64,000 nucleotides of DNA from an uncultured delta proteobacterium. Its GTDB lineage: Bacteria > Desulfobacterota > Syntrophorhabdia > Syntrophorhabdales > WCHB1-27. The DNA lies in contig CAWEPK010000001.1 in NCBI GenBank assembly GCA_963810935.1, positions 96,001 through 160,000 of the forward strand, written 5' to 3'. Position numbers and translations under genes: made by a program. The notes beneath the pieces are model-generated. The model did no database searches. It was given only the letters and a program-made list of their open reading frames with translations, and was not told the DNA's origin. Shown piece by piece: positions 31,023-40,875 of the stretch; position 1 is the first letter of the stretch; the number at the start of each line of letters is the position of its first letter.

Positions 31023-31064
31023 TATACGGCAACATTGAACGTGCAGACAGGAGAGGAGCTTAAA

Positions 31065-31121
31065 GTGACGACGCACAACTATTCCTTTTTCTTTTTTAGG
31101 AGGGCTCATCCTTGCCCCTGA
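31065..31121 (+). CDS. Phe-rich attenuator leader peptide MTTHNYSFFFFRRAHPCP
   Basis: GGAGAGGAG RBS, GTG start, TAT TCC TTT TTC TTT TTT, overlapping the antiterminator strand. Confidence 0.8.
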   Translation: MTTHNYSFFFFRRAHPCP

Positions 31122-31220
31122 CGTGAGATAGCGACAGGAGCCGTGGGTGAGCCCTTTGCGCGCCCGCGGCTTTTTTGTTTCGATTGAAAGGCCGTGGGAC
31201 CAAAAGTCTCACGGCCTTTC
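31100..31220 (+). promoter_or_regulatory. Transcription attenuator (antiterminator/terminator) plus second hairpin
   Basis: 31100-31111 pairs with 31145-31156. This is mutually exclusive with terminator 31138-31149/31161-31172 plus U-run. Second hairpin at 31186-31220. Confidence 0.8.
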
Positions 31221-31266
31221 GGCTTGTTCGGGCACCATCAGACCATCGATAAGGAGGACGTTTTAA

Positions 31267-32202
31267 ATGGCCGTCAACATCCAGAAACCAATCCGGCTGA
31301 CCGGGCACCTTTTCCAGTTGGGGACCCCTGCCTTTCCCGTCTATCTCTCGATAGGGAAGGAAGCGATGCTCGTGGAGGGCGGAACAGGCGCCACGTTCCG
31401 GATGATCGTCGACCAAATCGATTATCTCGGGATCGACCCGGAAACGATCAAGTATATAGTCCTGACCCATTCCCACCCCGACCATATAGGCGCCGTCCCG
31501 CACCTTCAGCGCGCCTGGCCGCATATGCGGCTCCTCACGAGCGCGACGGGCAAAGAGGTGCTGGGCAAGACCACGCTCTTCAAGCAGTTCCAGATCGTAG
31601 ACCTGGGGATAGCGCAACTCATGAAGGCAAAGGGAGAGATAGACGCGCTGCCCGACCCGATAAAATATTACGCCTTCCAGGTAGACTCCGTCGTGAAAGA
31701 GGGAGACAGGATCGATTTGGGGGGAGGCATCGTATGGCGCGTTTACGAGACGCCCGGCCATTCACCCTGCCATATCTCGCTTTTTGAGGAGCGGGAGAAA
31801 ACCCTGGCCCTGGGGGACGCGGGCGGCTTTTACGTGCCCGGAAAGTGCGCCTTCTGGCCCAACTATTTCGAGTCCCTCGACAAGTACTGCGCGAGCCTCA
31901 GAAAGCTCGCCTCTCTTCCCGCCTGCCGGGCCGTCCTTAGCCACAACGGCATGATCGATGGCGACGTATCGGGTCACCTGCAAAAAGCCATGAAAGCGGC
32001 CGAGCTTTATCACCTGGAGACGGTCGCAAGGGTAGCCCGCGGGGAAAGCGCGGAAAAAATCGCCATGGACAAGGCCAGGTTCGTAGACAGCCTGACGGAC
32101 ATCCAGCCTTTCCGGACCATATACGACCTGTGCGAGCTGATGATTAAGAATTCCACCTCAAACGGCAAAGGCGATTACCTGTCCAGGGCCGCCGGTGAAT
32201 AG
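31267..32202 (+). CDS. Metallo-beta-lactamase-fold hydrolase
   Basis: THSHPDH, TPGHS, GDA and SH metal-ligand motifs. AAGGAGG RBS. Confidence 0.9.
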   Translation: MAVNIQKPIRLTGHLFQLGTPAFPVYLSIGKEAMLVEGGTGATFRMIVDQIDYLGIDPETIKYIVLTHSHPDHIGAVPHLQRAWPHMRLLTSATGKEVLGKTTLFKQFQIVDLGIAQLMKAKGEIDALPDPIKYYAFQVDSVVKEGDRIDLGGGIVWRVYETPGHSPCHISLFEEREKTLALGDAGGFYVPGKCAFWPNYFESLDKYCASLRKLASLPACRAVLSHNGMIDGDVSGHLQKAMKAAELYHLETVARVARGESAEKIAMDKARFVDSLTDIQPFRTIYDLCELMIKNSTSNGKGDYLSRAAGE

Positions 32203-32273
32203 GACGCAAAAAACGGGTGGGTAAGCCGGGCCTTTTAGAGCGTTTTGCAAAGTTAAGCACCGATTCTCTCGGT

Positions 32274-32351
32274 CGTCACCCCGGTGAAAACCGGGGTCCA
32301 GTACTTGCAAACTCTTAAAAATACTGGATGCCGGCTTCCGCCGGCATGACG
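32274..32351. repeat. REP/REPIN-like double hairpin, family C
   Basis: CGTCA-CCCCGGT-GAAA-ACCGGGG-TCCAGTA...TACTGGA-TGCCGGC-TTCC-GCCGGCA-TGACG between convergent genes. Confidence 0.7.
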
Positions 32352-32455
32352 AAGGGAGACGAACCGGCGGAACTCAAACGGGAATGAATTCTGCGGAATG
32401 ATATAACGCCCATGCCTGCCCACACCCGGTGTTCGCGCCTGCTTCTTTTAAGCGC

Positions 32456-33892
32456 TTACTTCTTGATGCCCGCCAGCCTTTTGGCCGCGCGCTTTTTGCT
32501 CTCAAGGTCCGTTTCGCGATAAATCGTTACCCTGTGCGCCTCAGGCGAGCCGCCGCCGTGGATGTCGGAGATCGTGTCCGCGCTTTCCAAGGCCATCTTC
32601 TCGACGAACCTGTACATCTTCACGCGGTCCCCTACGTCATGGCCGCCCGCCGCTTTGAGGTACTTCTTCAAAAGCGGCCCGACTTCCGGGTTGTCGAAGT
32701 CCTTGTCGGATGGAAGGTCCGCTACGAACCCGCCGCAGATATCGATCATAAGGCGGATCGCCTCGGCCACTTCCTTGCCCTCGTGGAGCTTGGAGGCGTT
32801 GGCCAGCACCGTGTTGATATAATAGTTGCCCGAAGGCTGCCTGCGTCCCTCGTAGGAAGCCGCGAGGCAGCATGCGTAGAGCGTCTCCGCCCTGTGGATC
32901 ATGTCGATGATCTTCTGCTTGTGGTGGCTTACCTTTGCGGTGCCGTTATAGTCCATCAGCGTCAGGGCCGCACCGATCATGCAATCGATCTTGCCCGACT
33001 TGCAGCCGCCGTGGCTCTGCCTGTGGAGGGACGAGAACTTTACTACCATATCCTGGGCGAACTCCGTCTCGCCGCACATAAAAACACGTTCCCAAGGCAC
33101 GAACACGTCGTCGAAAATGACCGTCGGGCAGTACTTCGAATAGAGCGTGTTCCCGATGTCGCAACCGTCGATTTCGCGCATGTCGAGCGTAGACCTGCCG
33201 ACCACGTGTATCACCCCCTTCGTATCCGCCGGGACCGCGAAGGCAAGGGCGTAGTCCTTGTCGTCCTTGCCCATCGCGCGCGTGGGCAGGACGATCAGCT
33301 CGTGGACCGACAGCGACCCCGTCTGGTGGGCCTTCGCTCCGCGCACGACGATGCCGTCCTTCTTTCTTTCCACTACGCGCATGTACATGTCTTTGTCCGG
33401 CTGCTCCGTGGGGCCGAGGGAGCGGTCGCCCTTCACGTCGGTTACGCCTGCGTTGGCGGCCAAGTCGTTCTTCTGCACGTGCTTCAGGAATTCGGTGAAG
33501 CGGGCGTTGTATTCCGTCCCGTATTTCCGGTCGATGTCATAAGTGACGATGGCGAGCGTCGAGAGGCAGTCGAGCCCCGTGCAGCGCTGGTGGCAGGTGC
33601 CCACGAAGTTGCCGAGCCCTCGGTTGACCTTTACCCGCGCCACCAGGTCTTCGATGCTCGAAGGGGGCAGGGTGAAGCGGTTGACCGGCTCGTTGATGAG
33701 GGGTGACTGCGTGACTACGTAATCCCTGTACTCGTCCATGCCCGCTATCTCATAAGTCGCCCCGGTCGCCTCTATGCCTGCCCGCAGGCGCGGGTGGTCC
33801 ACAATGTTCGTAAGGCGCTCGCCGAACATGTAAGCCGTGGGATGCAAAGCCCGCAGCGACTCTATATACTCTTCTCTTGTTTTAAGTCCCAT
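32456..33892 (-). CDS. 4-hydroxybutyryl-CoA dehydratase-like (AbfD/HpaB family) FAD/[4Fe-4S] protein
   Basis: CHQRC, TDVKGDR, GAKAHQTG, HRQSHGGCK and HGGGSP motifs. Start at MGLKT after AAGGAGG. Confidence 0.88.
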   Translation of the reverse strand: MGLKTREEYIESLRALHPTAYMFGERLTNIVDHPRLRAGIEATGATYEIAGMDEYRDYVVTQSPLINEPVNRFTLPPSSIEDLVARVKVNRGLGNFVGTCHQRCTGLDCLSTLAIVTYDIDRKYGTEYNARFTEFLKHVQKNDLAANAGVTDVKGDRSLGPTEQPDKDMYMRVVERKKDGIVVRGAKAHQTGSLSVHELIVLPTRAMGKDDKDYALAFAVPADTKGVIHVVGRSTLDMREIDGCDIGNTLYSKYCPTVIFDDVFVPWERVFMCGETEFAQDMVVKFSSLHRQSHGGCKSGKIDCMIGAALTLMDYNGTAKVSHHKQKIIDMIHRAETLYACCLAASYEGRRQPSGNYYINTVLANASKLHEGKEVAEAIRLMIDICGGFVADLPSDKDFDNPEVGPLLKKYLKAAGGHDVGDRVKMYRFVEKMALESADTISDIHGGGSPEAHRVTIYRETDLESKKRAAKRLAGIKK

Positions 33893-33926
33893 TTCCCGTA
33901 ACCTCCTTGCAATATGATGATGCGAA

Positions 33927-34655
33927 TCAGAATTCCGATCGTTCCTGCTCTGCCAACATCTGCCGGACGGCATCCAAAACCTGCCGCTTGACGCTCGATA
34001 CGTGCCCCGCAATAATAGAGCGCGCCTTCTTCGCGTCCTTCCGGACGATGCAGTCGTATATCTGCTGGTGCTCCTCGTCGACCGACTGGAGCGATGAAAC
34101 GGGGAGATAATTACCGCCGTACTTGAGAAAAAGTATGTCGAACAGGTTTTGAAGGATACGCATTTGCGTTTCCTTGCCCGATATCGACGCAAGGGTCAGG
34201 TGAAACTCCTTGTTTTTGAAAAGCCTTTCTTTCAGGTAGGACTCCCGCTGCGCAGACCTGTGGGCCTCGAGTGCGGACTTCAGCTCCGCAAGCGCCTTAG
34301 CGTCCATGCGCTCCATGGCAGGCTCGACCAGCGAAGTCTCAAGCAGCTCGCGCAGCTCGTATATCTCCTCTATCTCCTTCGTGCTGAACGGCGCCATGAC
34401 GTAGCCCCGGTTCGCCTCGTGGCGCACGAACCCCTGCAGCTCCAGCCATTTCAGCGCCTGGATGATGGGCGTCGGGCTCATCTGCAGCCGCTCCGCAAGC
34501 TCCCGGTAGGCGATCTTTTGGCCCGGCACAAGCTCTTTATTGTAGAGCATCCGGCGCAGGCCCTGGTATGCGGCCCGGCTCCGGTCCTCTCCTTCACCAT
34601 GCGTGTGATCAGTCACGATTTTTGCCACTACTCGTCCCCCCTTGTGGACGAACAA
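33927..34655 (-). CDS. GntR (FCD) family regulator (start uncertain)
   Basis: LAERLQMSPTPI.QAL..LE..G HTH and FCD C-terminus. TTGACC-17-TAAATT upstream. Confidence 0.9.
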   Translation of the reverse strand: MFVHKGGRVVAKIVTDHTHGEGEDRSRAAYQGLRRMLYNKELVPGQKIAYRELAERLQMSPTPIIQALKWLELQGFVRHEANRGYVMAPFSTKEIEEIYELRELLETSLVEPAMERMDAKALAELKSALEAHRSAQRESYLKERLFKNKEFHLTLASISGKETQMRILQNLFDILFLKYGGNYLPVSSLQSVDEEHQQIYDCIVRKDAKKARSIIAGHVSSVKRQVLDAVRQMLAEQERSEF

Positions 34656-34745
34656 GCAACTTAATCTAAAATTTAATTAACTTTTCGCCTGGGGTCAAGC
34701 AAATTATGGGCTTCACGAGAAAGACTGTTGAAAGGCTCGGCGGGT

Positions 34746-35378
34746 TTATGCAGCTTTTCTGGCCTTGAGCGTCTTCCTGAGTCTTATCAGGCCGGCTTCT
34801 ATCCTCACGAAGGAGATGCTCTTTCGGTCCATCTTGTCCAGGTCCAGGCCGTACCTGCCGGCAAGGTCTTTTACAATGGATAGCGGCTCGGGGTCGGCTT
34901 TTTTCCAGTATGGCCTCAACTCCCTCAGGAATATGTTGACCGTCACGGGGCCGACGCCGTAAAAGCCGAGTATCCTGTTTTCCAGGTCCCGGCTGTCCGC
35001 GGCCTCACGGTGCAGGCGGCTTAGGCTGCCCCCGTAATCCTTGATGAGCTGCTCGCAATTGCGCAGGATCTCGCGCGATGTCTTTTCGTCGTAGCGGACG
35101 TATCCGCCTTCCCTCATGATGGGGTGGACGAGGAAATTCCAGCCTGCCTCAATGATGGCGTGCGGTGTCAATTTACCGTGTTTTTCGAAGGCCCGATAAG
35201 TACGCTCGGCGACCGACTCCGATATGCGCGCCCCGAACAGGACGCTTGCGAGGAACCACTTGAACAGCTCGGCATCGTTTCCTCCCTTGAGATCGATGCC
35301 GAGCTCCTCGGCATACGTCCGGCTCTTCTTGAGGGAATTGACGCTAATGTCGCGGCCCTCCGCCGCTTTCTTCCCCAT
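34746..35378 (-). CDS. HhH-GPD-like hypothetical protein
   Basis: FKWFLAS.LFG, GGYVRYD and GVGPVT..IFLRE motifs. Confidence 0.7.
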   Translation of the reverse strand: MGKKAAEGRDISVNSLKKSRTYAEELGIDLKGGNDAELFKWFLASVLFGARISESVAERTYRAFEKHGKLTPHAIIEAGWNFLVHPIMREGGYVRYDEKTSREILRNCEQLIKDYGGSLSRLHREAADSRDLENRILGFYGVGPVTVNIFLRELRPYWKKADPEPLSIVKDLAGRYGLDLDKMDRKSISFVRIEAGLIRLRKTLKARKAA

Positions 35379-35446
35379 GCAACCAACGTAATCTCTTTTT
35401 TTTCAAAAGAAAAGGGGGTTTACGTTGGATTAAGCTCGACCGGTTT

Positions 35447-35779
35447 TTAGCAATGCTCGCAAAGGCTTTCGCATTTCTGAGGCTCGTGTGGCGCCGCCTT
35501 CGTCAGCTCCGACCGCAGCGTAAAGCCCGAGCCTAAAGCACCCTCTGTATAATCGATCTTTATCGGCTTTACCCTGCCAAGCAGTGTTTTGTCGACAATG
35601 AACGTCAGGCCTTTCTCCGTGAAGATATGATCGTCCTCCCTTTGCTCGTCGAGGCCCATCACGAGATACGGCCCCTTCCATCCGCCCTCGGTCATCAGGA
35701 CCCTTATGCTACGTGTCCCTTCGCGCCCTTCGAGGAGCTGCTTCATCACTTCCGATGCTTTTTCGCTTACCTCAAACAT
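35447..35779 (-). CDS. IscA/HesB-like protein
   Basis: VSEKA, GGWKGP.L.MGLDE, FIVDK and IKIDY motifs. TTGACA-17-TAGATT promoter at 35882-35854. Confidence 0.8.
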   Translation of the reverse strand: MFEVSEKASEVMKQLLEGREGTRSIRVLMTEGGWKGPYLVMGLDEQREDDHIFTEKGLTFIVDKTLLGRVKPIKIDYTEGALGSGFTLRSELTKAAPHEPQKCESLCEHC

Positions 35780-35928
35780 GCGAGCCTCCCTGGCTTTAGT
35801 TCAGGGCGAGGCAACCGCCTGCCCCGGCCTTTCGTATCGATCGCTTTGAATGGAATCTAATGGTGGGAGGATTAATTGTCAACCGGCCGATAGCCGGAGG
35901 GATTTCCGACGGGGCGCCAGCCCGGCCG

Positions 35929-37740
35929 CTACCCGTTTAAAGCGGCGCGGCGGCGTTCGAGATCGCCGAGGATCTGTTTGCGCAGGCGGATGCTGGCGGG
36001 GGTGACCTCCACCAGCTCATCGTCGTTGATGTAGGAGATGCACTCTTCCAGGGTCATCCGAATGTACGGCGTCAGGATGACCGCGTCGTCCGAGCCGGAT
36101 GCCCGCATGTTCGTAAGCTTCTTGCCCTTGGCCGGGTTGACCACAAGGTCAGTCTCCCGTGAATGCTCGCCGATAATCTGCCCCTGGTAGACCTTCTCGC
36201 CGGGGCCCAGGAAAAGCCGCCCGCGCTCCTGGAGGTTGAACAGCGCGTAGGCGACGGTCGTGCAGTTATCCATGGCGACGAGGACCCCTTTGGTCCGGTT
36301 TCTGATCTCCCCCGCGTATTCGGCGAACCCGGCGAAGACGTAGTTCATAACACCCATGCCGCGTGTCTCCGTCAGGAACTCCGAGCGGAAGCCGAGGAGC
36401 CCCCTGGTCGGTATCCTGTACTTGAGCCGCGCCATGCCGTTCTTCTGGTCCATCGCGAGGAGCGACCCGCGCCTGCCGCCGAGGTTCTCGATGACCCTGC
36501 CCATGTAGTTCTCGTCAACGTCGATGATCAGGTCCTCATAAGGCTCCAGCGTCTTGCCGCCCTCTTCCCGCAGGATGACGTGCGGGCGGGTTACCTGGAA
36601 CTCGTATCCTTCCCTGCGCATCTTCTCGATGAGGATCGACAGGTGCAGCTCGCCTCTGCCGGAGACCTTGTACCCCTGCGCGTCCTCAAGCTCTTCGACG
36701 TTGAGGGCCACGTCCGACAGGGTCTCCTTGAAGAGCCTGTCGCGCAGGTGACGGGACGTGACGTACGTTCCTTCCTTGCCGTAGAAAGGCGAGTCGTTCG
36801 GGACGAAGCTCATCGAGACGGTCGGCGGGTCCACCATAATGCCTACAAGCGGGATGGGGTTGGCGGCCTCCGTCAGCGTTTCGCCGATCGTGATCGACTC
36901 TATACCGGCCACGGCTACGACTTCGCCCGTGCCCGCCTCGTCCGTCTCCTTCTTCTCCGCGCCCCTGAAGCTGTAAATCTTCCTTACGCGCGCGGGGCGA
37001 GGTGTGCTATCCGGCGTGGCTACTACGATTTCCTTGTCTGTACGTATGCTGCCGGAAGTGATCTTGCCGATGGCGAGCCTGCCCAGGAAAGGCGAATAGC
37101 TGAGCGAGCTTACGAGCATTTGCAAGGGGCCTTCGGGGTCTCCCGACGGGGCGGGGACGGACTCCACGATCATATCGAAGAGGGGCATCATCGAGCCGGT
37201 CTTCAGGGTGTGGTCGTTAGTGGCATAGCCATCCTTGGCGGAGGCGAATATGACGGGAAAGTCGAGAATATGGTCGGGCGCTTCCAGTTTTACGAAAAGG
37301 TCGAAGACCTCGTCCACGACAGCATCGCAGCGCGCCTGCGGCTTGTCGATCTTGTTGATGACGACGATCACGGGCAATGCGAGCGCAAGGGCCTTCTTCA
37401 GAACGAAATAGGTCTGCGGCATAGGCCCCTCGGCAGCGTCCACGAGCAAGAGCACGCCGTCTGCCATCTTGAGCACGCGCTCCACCTGCCCACCGAAATC
37501 GGCGTGGCCCGGCGTGTCGATGACGTTTATCAGGTGGCCCTTGTAAAAGAACGAGCCATTCTTGGATGCGATGGTAATGCCCCGCTCCCGCTCCAGGTCC
37601 ATCGAGTCCATCAAGCGCTCCTCGACAACCTGGTTCTGCCTGAACAGGCCGCTCTGCCTGAACAACTGGTCTACGAGCGTTGTTTTACCGTGATCGACGT
37701 GTGCTATGATCGCTATATTGCGTATTTTTGACTGTAACAT
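35929..37740 (-). CDS. typA: Translational GTPase TypA/BipA
   Basis: [27 protein letters not shown] and KKLTNMRA motifs. Confidence 0.97.
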   Translation of the reverse strand: MLQSKIRNIAIIAHVDHGKTTLVDQLFRQSGLFRQNQVVEERLMDSMDLERERGITIASKNGSFFYKGHLINVIDTPGHADFGGQVERVLKMADGVLLLVDAAEGPMPQTYFVLKKALALALPVIVVINKIDKPQARCDAVVDEVFDLFVKLEAPDHILDFPVIFASAKDGYATNDHTLKTGSMMPLFDMIVESVPAPSGDPEGPLQMLVSSLSYSPFLGRLAIGKITSGSIRTDKEIVVATPDSTPRPARVRKIYSFRGAEKKETDEAGTGEVVAVAGIESITIGETLTEAANPIPLVGIMVDPPTVSMSFVPNDSPFYGKEGTYVTSRHLRDRLFKETLSDVALNVEELEDAQGYKVSGRGELHLSILIEKMRREGYEFQVTRPHVILREEGGKTLEPYEDLIIDVDENYMGRVIENLGGRRGSLLAMDQKNGMARLKYRIPTRGLLGFRSEFLTETRGMGVMNYVFAGFAEYAGEIRNRTKGVLVAMDNCTTVAYALFNLQERGRLFLGPGEKVYQGQIIGEHSRETDLVVNPAKGKKLTNMRASGSDDAVILTPYIRMTLEECISYINDDELVEVTPASIRLRKQILGDLERRRAALNG

Positions 37741-37901
37741 GGTCCCTTTTGGCGCACCCGAATGACTTATTGTCGAGGGGTCTTGACTACGAGGCAATAG
37801 TATACAATAAAATCGTGCGATAATCAAGGGTTTGAACGTGCTTTTGCGATGAGGTGAGGGGTGATCATCCCGGCTCAAAAGGAGGGGACGGGCCGGCTGC
37901 C

Positions 37902-38276
37902 CTAGTTGATGCCGGTCGCCGCCCGGTCCAGCAGGCCGTTCAGGTAGTCGGCGCAGGGCACGATAGTACCGTCCCCGAGCCGGATCGTATACAGGGCGCC
38001 CGTCGTGGAGGAGCGCGTGGCTATACGTGCGACGAACTCCCTCGACGTCTGCACCTTATCGCGGTTCGCCTCCCATTTCCGTTTCAGGAACCACGCGGCC
38101 GTTTTCGAGCTGTACGCCTTGCCGTTTCTGACGAACCGGGCGTCCGTCATGCCTTCCACGTGCTTTAACAATCCTTCTATCTTCTGTTGCTCATCCGGGC
38201 TGACCGCAGCCTGCCCGAAGGCCGCAACGAGCAGTAGTATAGCTGCCCCTGAAATGACCGTCCTGCCGAATACCAC
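37902..38276 (-). CDS. Exported DUF5329/YfeK-like protein (start approximate)
   Basis: Signal peptide, FVRNG..Y, KRKW and SSTTG..Y motifs. TTGACA-17-AATAAT at 38351-38323 argues for the shorter start. Confidence 0.7.
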   Translation of the reverse strand: MVFGRTVISGAAILLLVAAFGQAAVSPDEQQKIEGLLKHVEGMTDARFVRNGKAYSSKTAAWFLKRKWEANRDKVQTSREFVARIATRSSTTGALYTIRLGDGTIVPCADYLNGLLDRAATGIN

Positions 38277-38465
38277 TTTCCTTATGTTCTCCTTCCTGCC
38301 TCCTCGACGTAAGCGTAATGGTATTATTGCAACTGTGCCTCTGCCTGTCAACGGCGGGTTTCCCTTATTATTTTCTTGCGCCGCCGCCCGGTTGCGATAA
38401 TAATATGTAAAAGCTTTCACAACCAGAGGCTCACTTGAGCCCGAAAGGAATAAGGAGGTGCCGTA

Positions 38466-39021
38466 ATGGCGCGAGTCACGGGGAGGGAAGAGAAAAAGAA
38501 AAAGATTATCGAAGTCCTCAACAAAGCGAGGGCTATGGAGACTGCAAGCAATTCACCAATACATGATCCAGCACTATAACCTGGACAACTGGGACTACGG
38601 CGAGCTGGCAATGAACGTGAAGCTGGTCGCAATCGACGAGATGCGCCATGCCGAGATGCTTGCGGACAGGATCGAGGAGCTAAGCGCAGAGCCGACGAGC
38701 GACCTCGCTGACCGCGTTGAAAGAGGCCAGCCGGTCGAGGCCGTTTTTACCTTCGACATGCAGCTCGAGGACGACACGATTGCGGTCTACAACGACTTCA
38801 TCCGCATTTGCAGGGAGAACGGAGACAGCATAAGCGAAAAGCTGTTTCAACTGCTGAATGATGAGGAGCAGATACACTACAACTACTTCGATAACGTGGC
38901 CGAGCACATAGAGAAGCTGGGGCAGACGTATTTGGCGAAAATAGCCGGGACGCCCTCCGCTACAGGCCTGAATACTCAAGGGTTTGTGGCAAGGCAGAGC
39001 GGCGGAGCGCCTGCCGCGTAA
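38466..39021 (+). CDS. Bacterioferritin/ferritin-like protein, +1 frameshift near 38541
   Basis: MARV...LNKARAME/LQAIHQYM. Di-iron motifs DEMRHA and DEEQIH. AAGGAGGT RBS. Confidence 0.85.
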
Positions 39022-39058
39022 CGTGCGCCGGGCTGAAAAACGTGGTTTGAGAGGTCTT

Positions 39059-39337
39059 TTAGCGCTTCGTCCTTTCGAAACCTTCCTCTACGTATACGCC
39101 GACCGCGTAGAACCCGTCTACCTCTTTGGCGTATTCGTAAGGGTTCCTCTCTTCCGGGACCGCCTGCAAATGCGCGCCTTCAGGGACGGGGATGTCGAGC
39201 AGGGGCATCTCCGCCTCCCGCAACCCCGTAACGACAACCCGCACAGTGGGCCGTGTATCGCTCCAGGGGACCAGGTAAGCGTGGCCCTTGTGGTCGTACC
39301 AGCCCAAGAGTCTTATGTGGGTCCAGTCCATCTTCAT
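39059..39337 (-). CDS. Hypothetical protein
   Basis: 92-aa ORF co-oriented with neighbours, GGAAG upstream. No recognised motif. Confidence 0.5.
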   Translation of the reverse strand: MKMDWTHIRLLGWYDHKGHAYLVPWSDTRPTVRVVVTGLREAEMPLLDIPVPEGAHLQAVPEERNPYEYAKEVDGFYAVGVYVEEGFERTKR

Positions 39338-39361
39338 AATTGTTCTTCCCCAGGGGCAAAG

Positions 39362-39547
39362 TCAGTCCTTGGCGGCCTCTATCTTCGCAATCTGTTCCCG
39401 CACCTCCTGCAGCATGTGGCCGTGCAGCGTCAGCTTGAGCTTGCAAAAGGGGCATTCGATCTGGGCCCCTTCCACCATTTCATCGACCGGGTAATCCTTC
39501 TTCCTCCCGCAGACGGGACAGCCGAAGGATATGGTTTTACTCGTCAT
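39362..39547 (-). CDS. Small zinc-ribbon protein
   Basis: CPVC...CPFC motifs. AAGGAG RBS before MTSKTI. Confidence 0.7.
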   Translation of the reverse strand: MTSKTISFGCPVCGRKKDYPVDEMVEGAQIECPFCKLKLTLHGHMLQEVREQIAKIEAAKD

Positions 39548-39692
39548 AGCGTCTCCTTTGCTCTTTCCCCATTGTAACATCTTGGCTCGAAAAATGACAA
39601 CAGAAGCAAAGTGAGGCTAAAGCATCTTTGTTTTCAGGGTATTTGTTATTCGGCTTTAATTACGGGGAAAAGGCGCGGGAATATCCCGGCCC

Positions 39693-40871
39693 TTACCCGT
39701 AAAGCTTACCGACTTCCAGAAAGGCTTCCCTCGACTTCTCGATCACGTCCATTTCCGTACAGAAGGCGATCCTGAAATAGCCCTTCCTCCCGAAGCCCAC
39801 GCCCGGCACCGCCAAAATCCTGTGCTGCTGCAGGACCCTGATGAACTCGACGTCGTCGGCTATGGGCGACTTCGGAAAAATGTAGAACGTCCCTTCCGGC
39901 TTCAGGACCTTGAAACCCGACTGGACGAGGATATTGTAGATCGCGTCCCTTTTCTGCTGGTAGCCCATCACGTCGACGCTGTTCTTCTGGAACCTGCCGA
40001 CCAGCCGCTGCATCAGCGCGGGCGCGTTGATGAAGCCGAGTATCCTGTTCGCAAAGATCATGGCGTCGATCAGCGGCTTCGCGTCTTCCAGCCGCGGCGA
40101 GACGGCAATGTAGCCTATGCGCTCGCCGGCGAGCCCCAGGTCTTTCGAGTGGGAGAAGACCGAGATCGTGTCTTCATACAGGTTGAAGGCGTCGGGCAGC
40201 ACAATGCCGTCGAAGACGATCTTGCGGTAGGCCTCATCGGAGATGAGGAATATTCTGCGGCCCTCCCGCTTTTTGCGCGCAAGAAGGTCGGAGAGCGCGC
40301 GCAGCTCGTCTTCATGGTAGACCGTACCCGTCGGGTTGTTCGGCGAGTTGACTATGATCGCCTTTGTCCTGTCCGTTATGGCAGCCTCGACGGCCACCGT
40401 GTCGATGCGGAAATCTTCGGTCGTCTCGACAAGGCGCATCACCCCGCCGTGGTTCTCTATGTAAAACATGAATTCAACGAAGAAGGGCGACAGCACCAAC
40501 ACCTCGTCGCCGGGGTCGAGTATCGCCTTGAGCACCACGTTTATGCCGCCGGCGGAGCCTACCGTCATGATGATATGGTCCTGGGTGAAGGGAAGACGTG
40601 AGTTTTCCCTGTGGAAGCCCGCTATCTGTGCGCGTACTTCCTCATAGCCGCCGTTCGACATATAGCGGTGCATCCCCCGCGTCCCGGAGATGACCATGTC
40701 GCACAGTTCCTTCTTCAGCTCCTGGGGCGGCTCCGCGATGGGGTTGCCGAGGGTAAAGTCGAAAACCGAGTCCGCGCCATAGGCCTTCTTCAGCCTCTCG
40801 CCCTCTTCGAACATCGCCCTTATCCAGGACGAGCTTTCCATGAGCTTTGTTATCCTGTTCGACGTAACCAA
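39693..40871 (-). CDS. PLP-dependent class I aminotransferase (Asp/aromatic)
   Basis: NSPNNPTG, DEAY and SHSKDL.LAGERIG motifs. Confidence 0.93.
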   Translation of the reverse strand: MVTSNRITKLMESSSWIRAMFEEGERLKKAYGADSVFDFTLGNPIAEPPQELKKELCDMVISGTRGMHRYMSNGGYEEVRAQIAGFHRENSRLPFTQDHIIMTVGSAGGINVVLKAILDPGDEVLVLSPFFVEFMFYIENHGGVMRLVETTEDFRIDTVAVEAAITDRTKAIIVNSPNNPTGTVYHEDELRALSDLLARKKREGRRIFLISDEAYRKIVFDGIVLPDAFNLYEDTISVFSHSKDLGLAGERIGYIAVSPRLEDAKPLIDAMIFANRILGFINAPALMQRLVGRFQKNSVDVMGYQQKRDAIYNILVQSGFKVLKPEGTFYIFPKSPIADDVEFIRVLQQHRILAVPGVGFGRKGYFRIAFCTEMDVIEKSREAFLEVGKLYG

Positions 40872-40875
40872 CCCT

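Noticed and set aside
38390..38412. Fur-box-like GATAATAAT upstream of bacterioferritin
   Set aside because: Only a half-site match, and it could simply be a -10 region.
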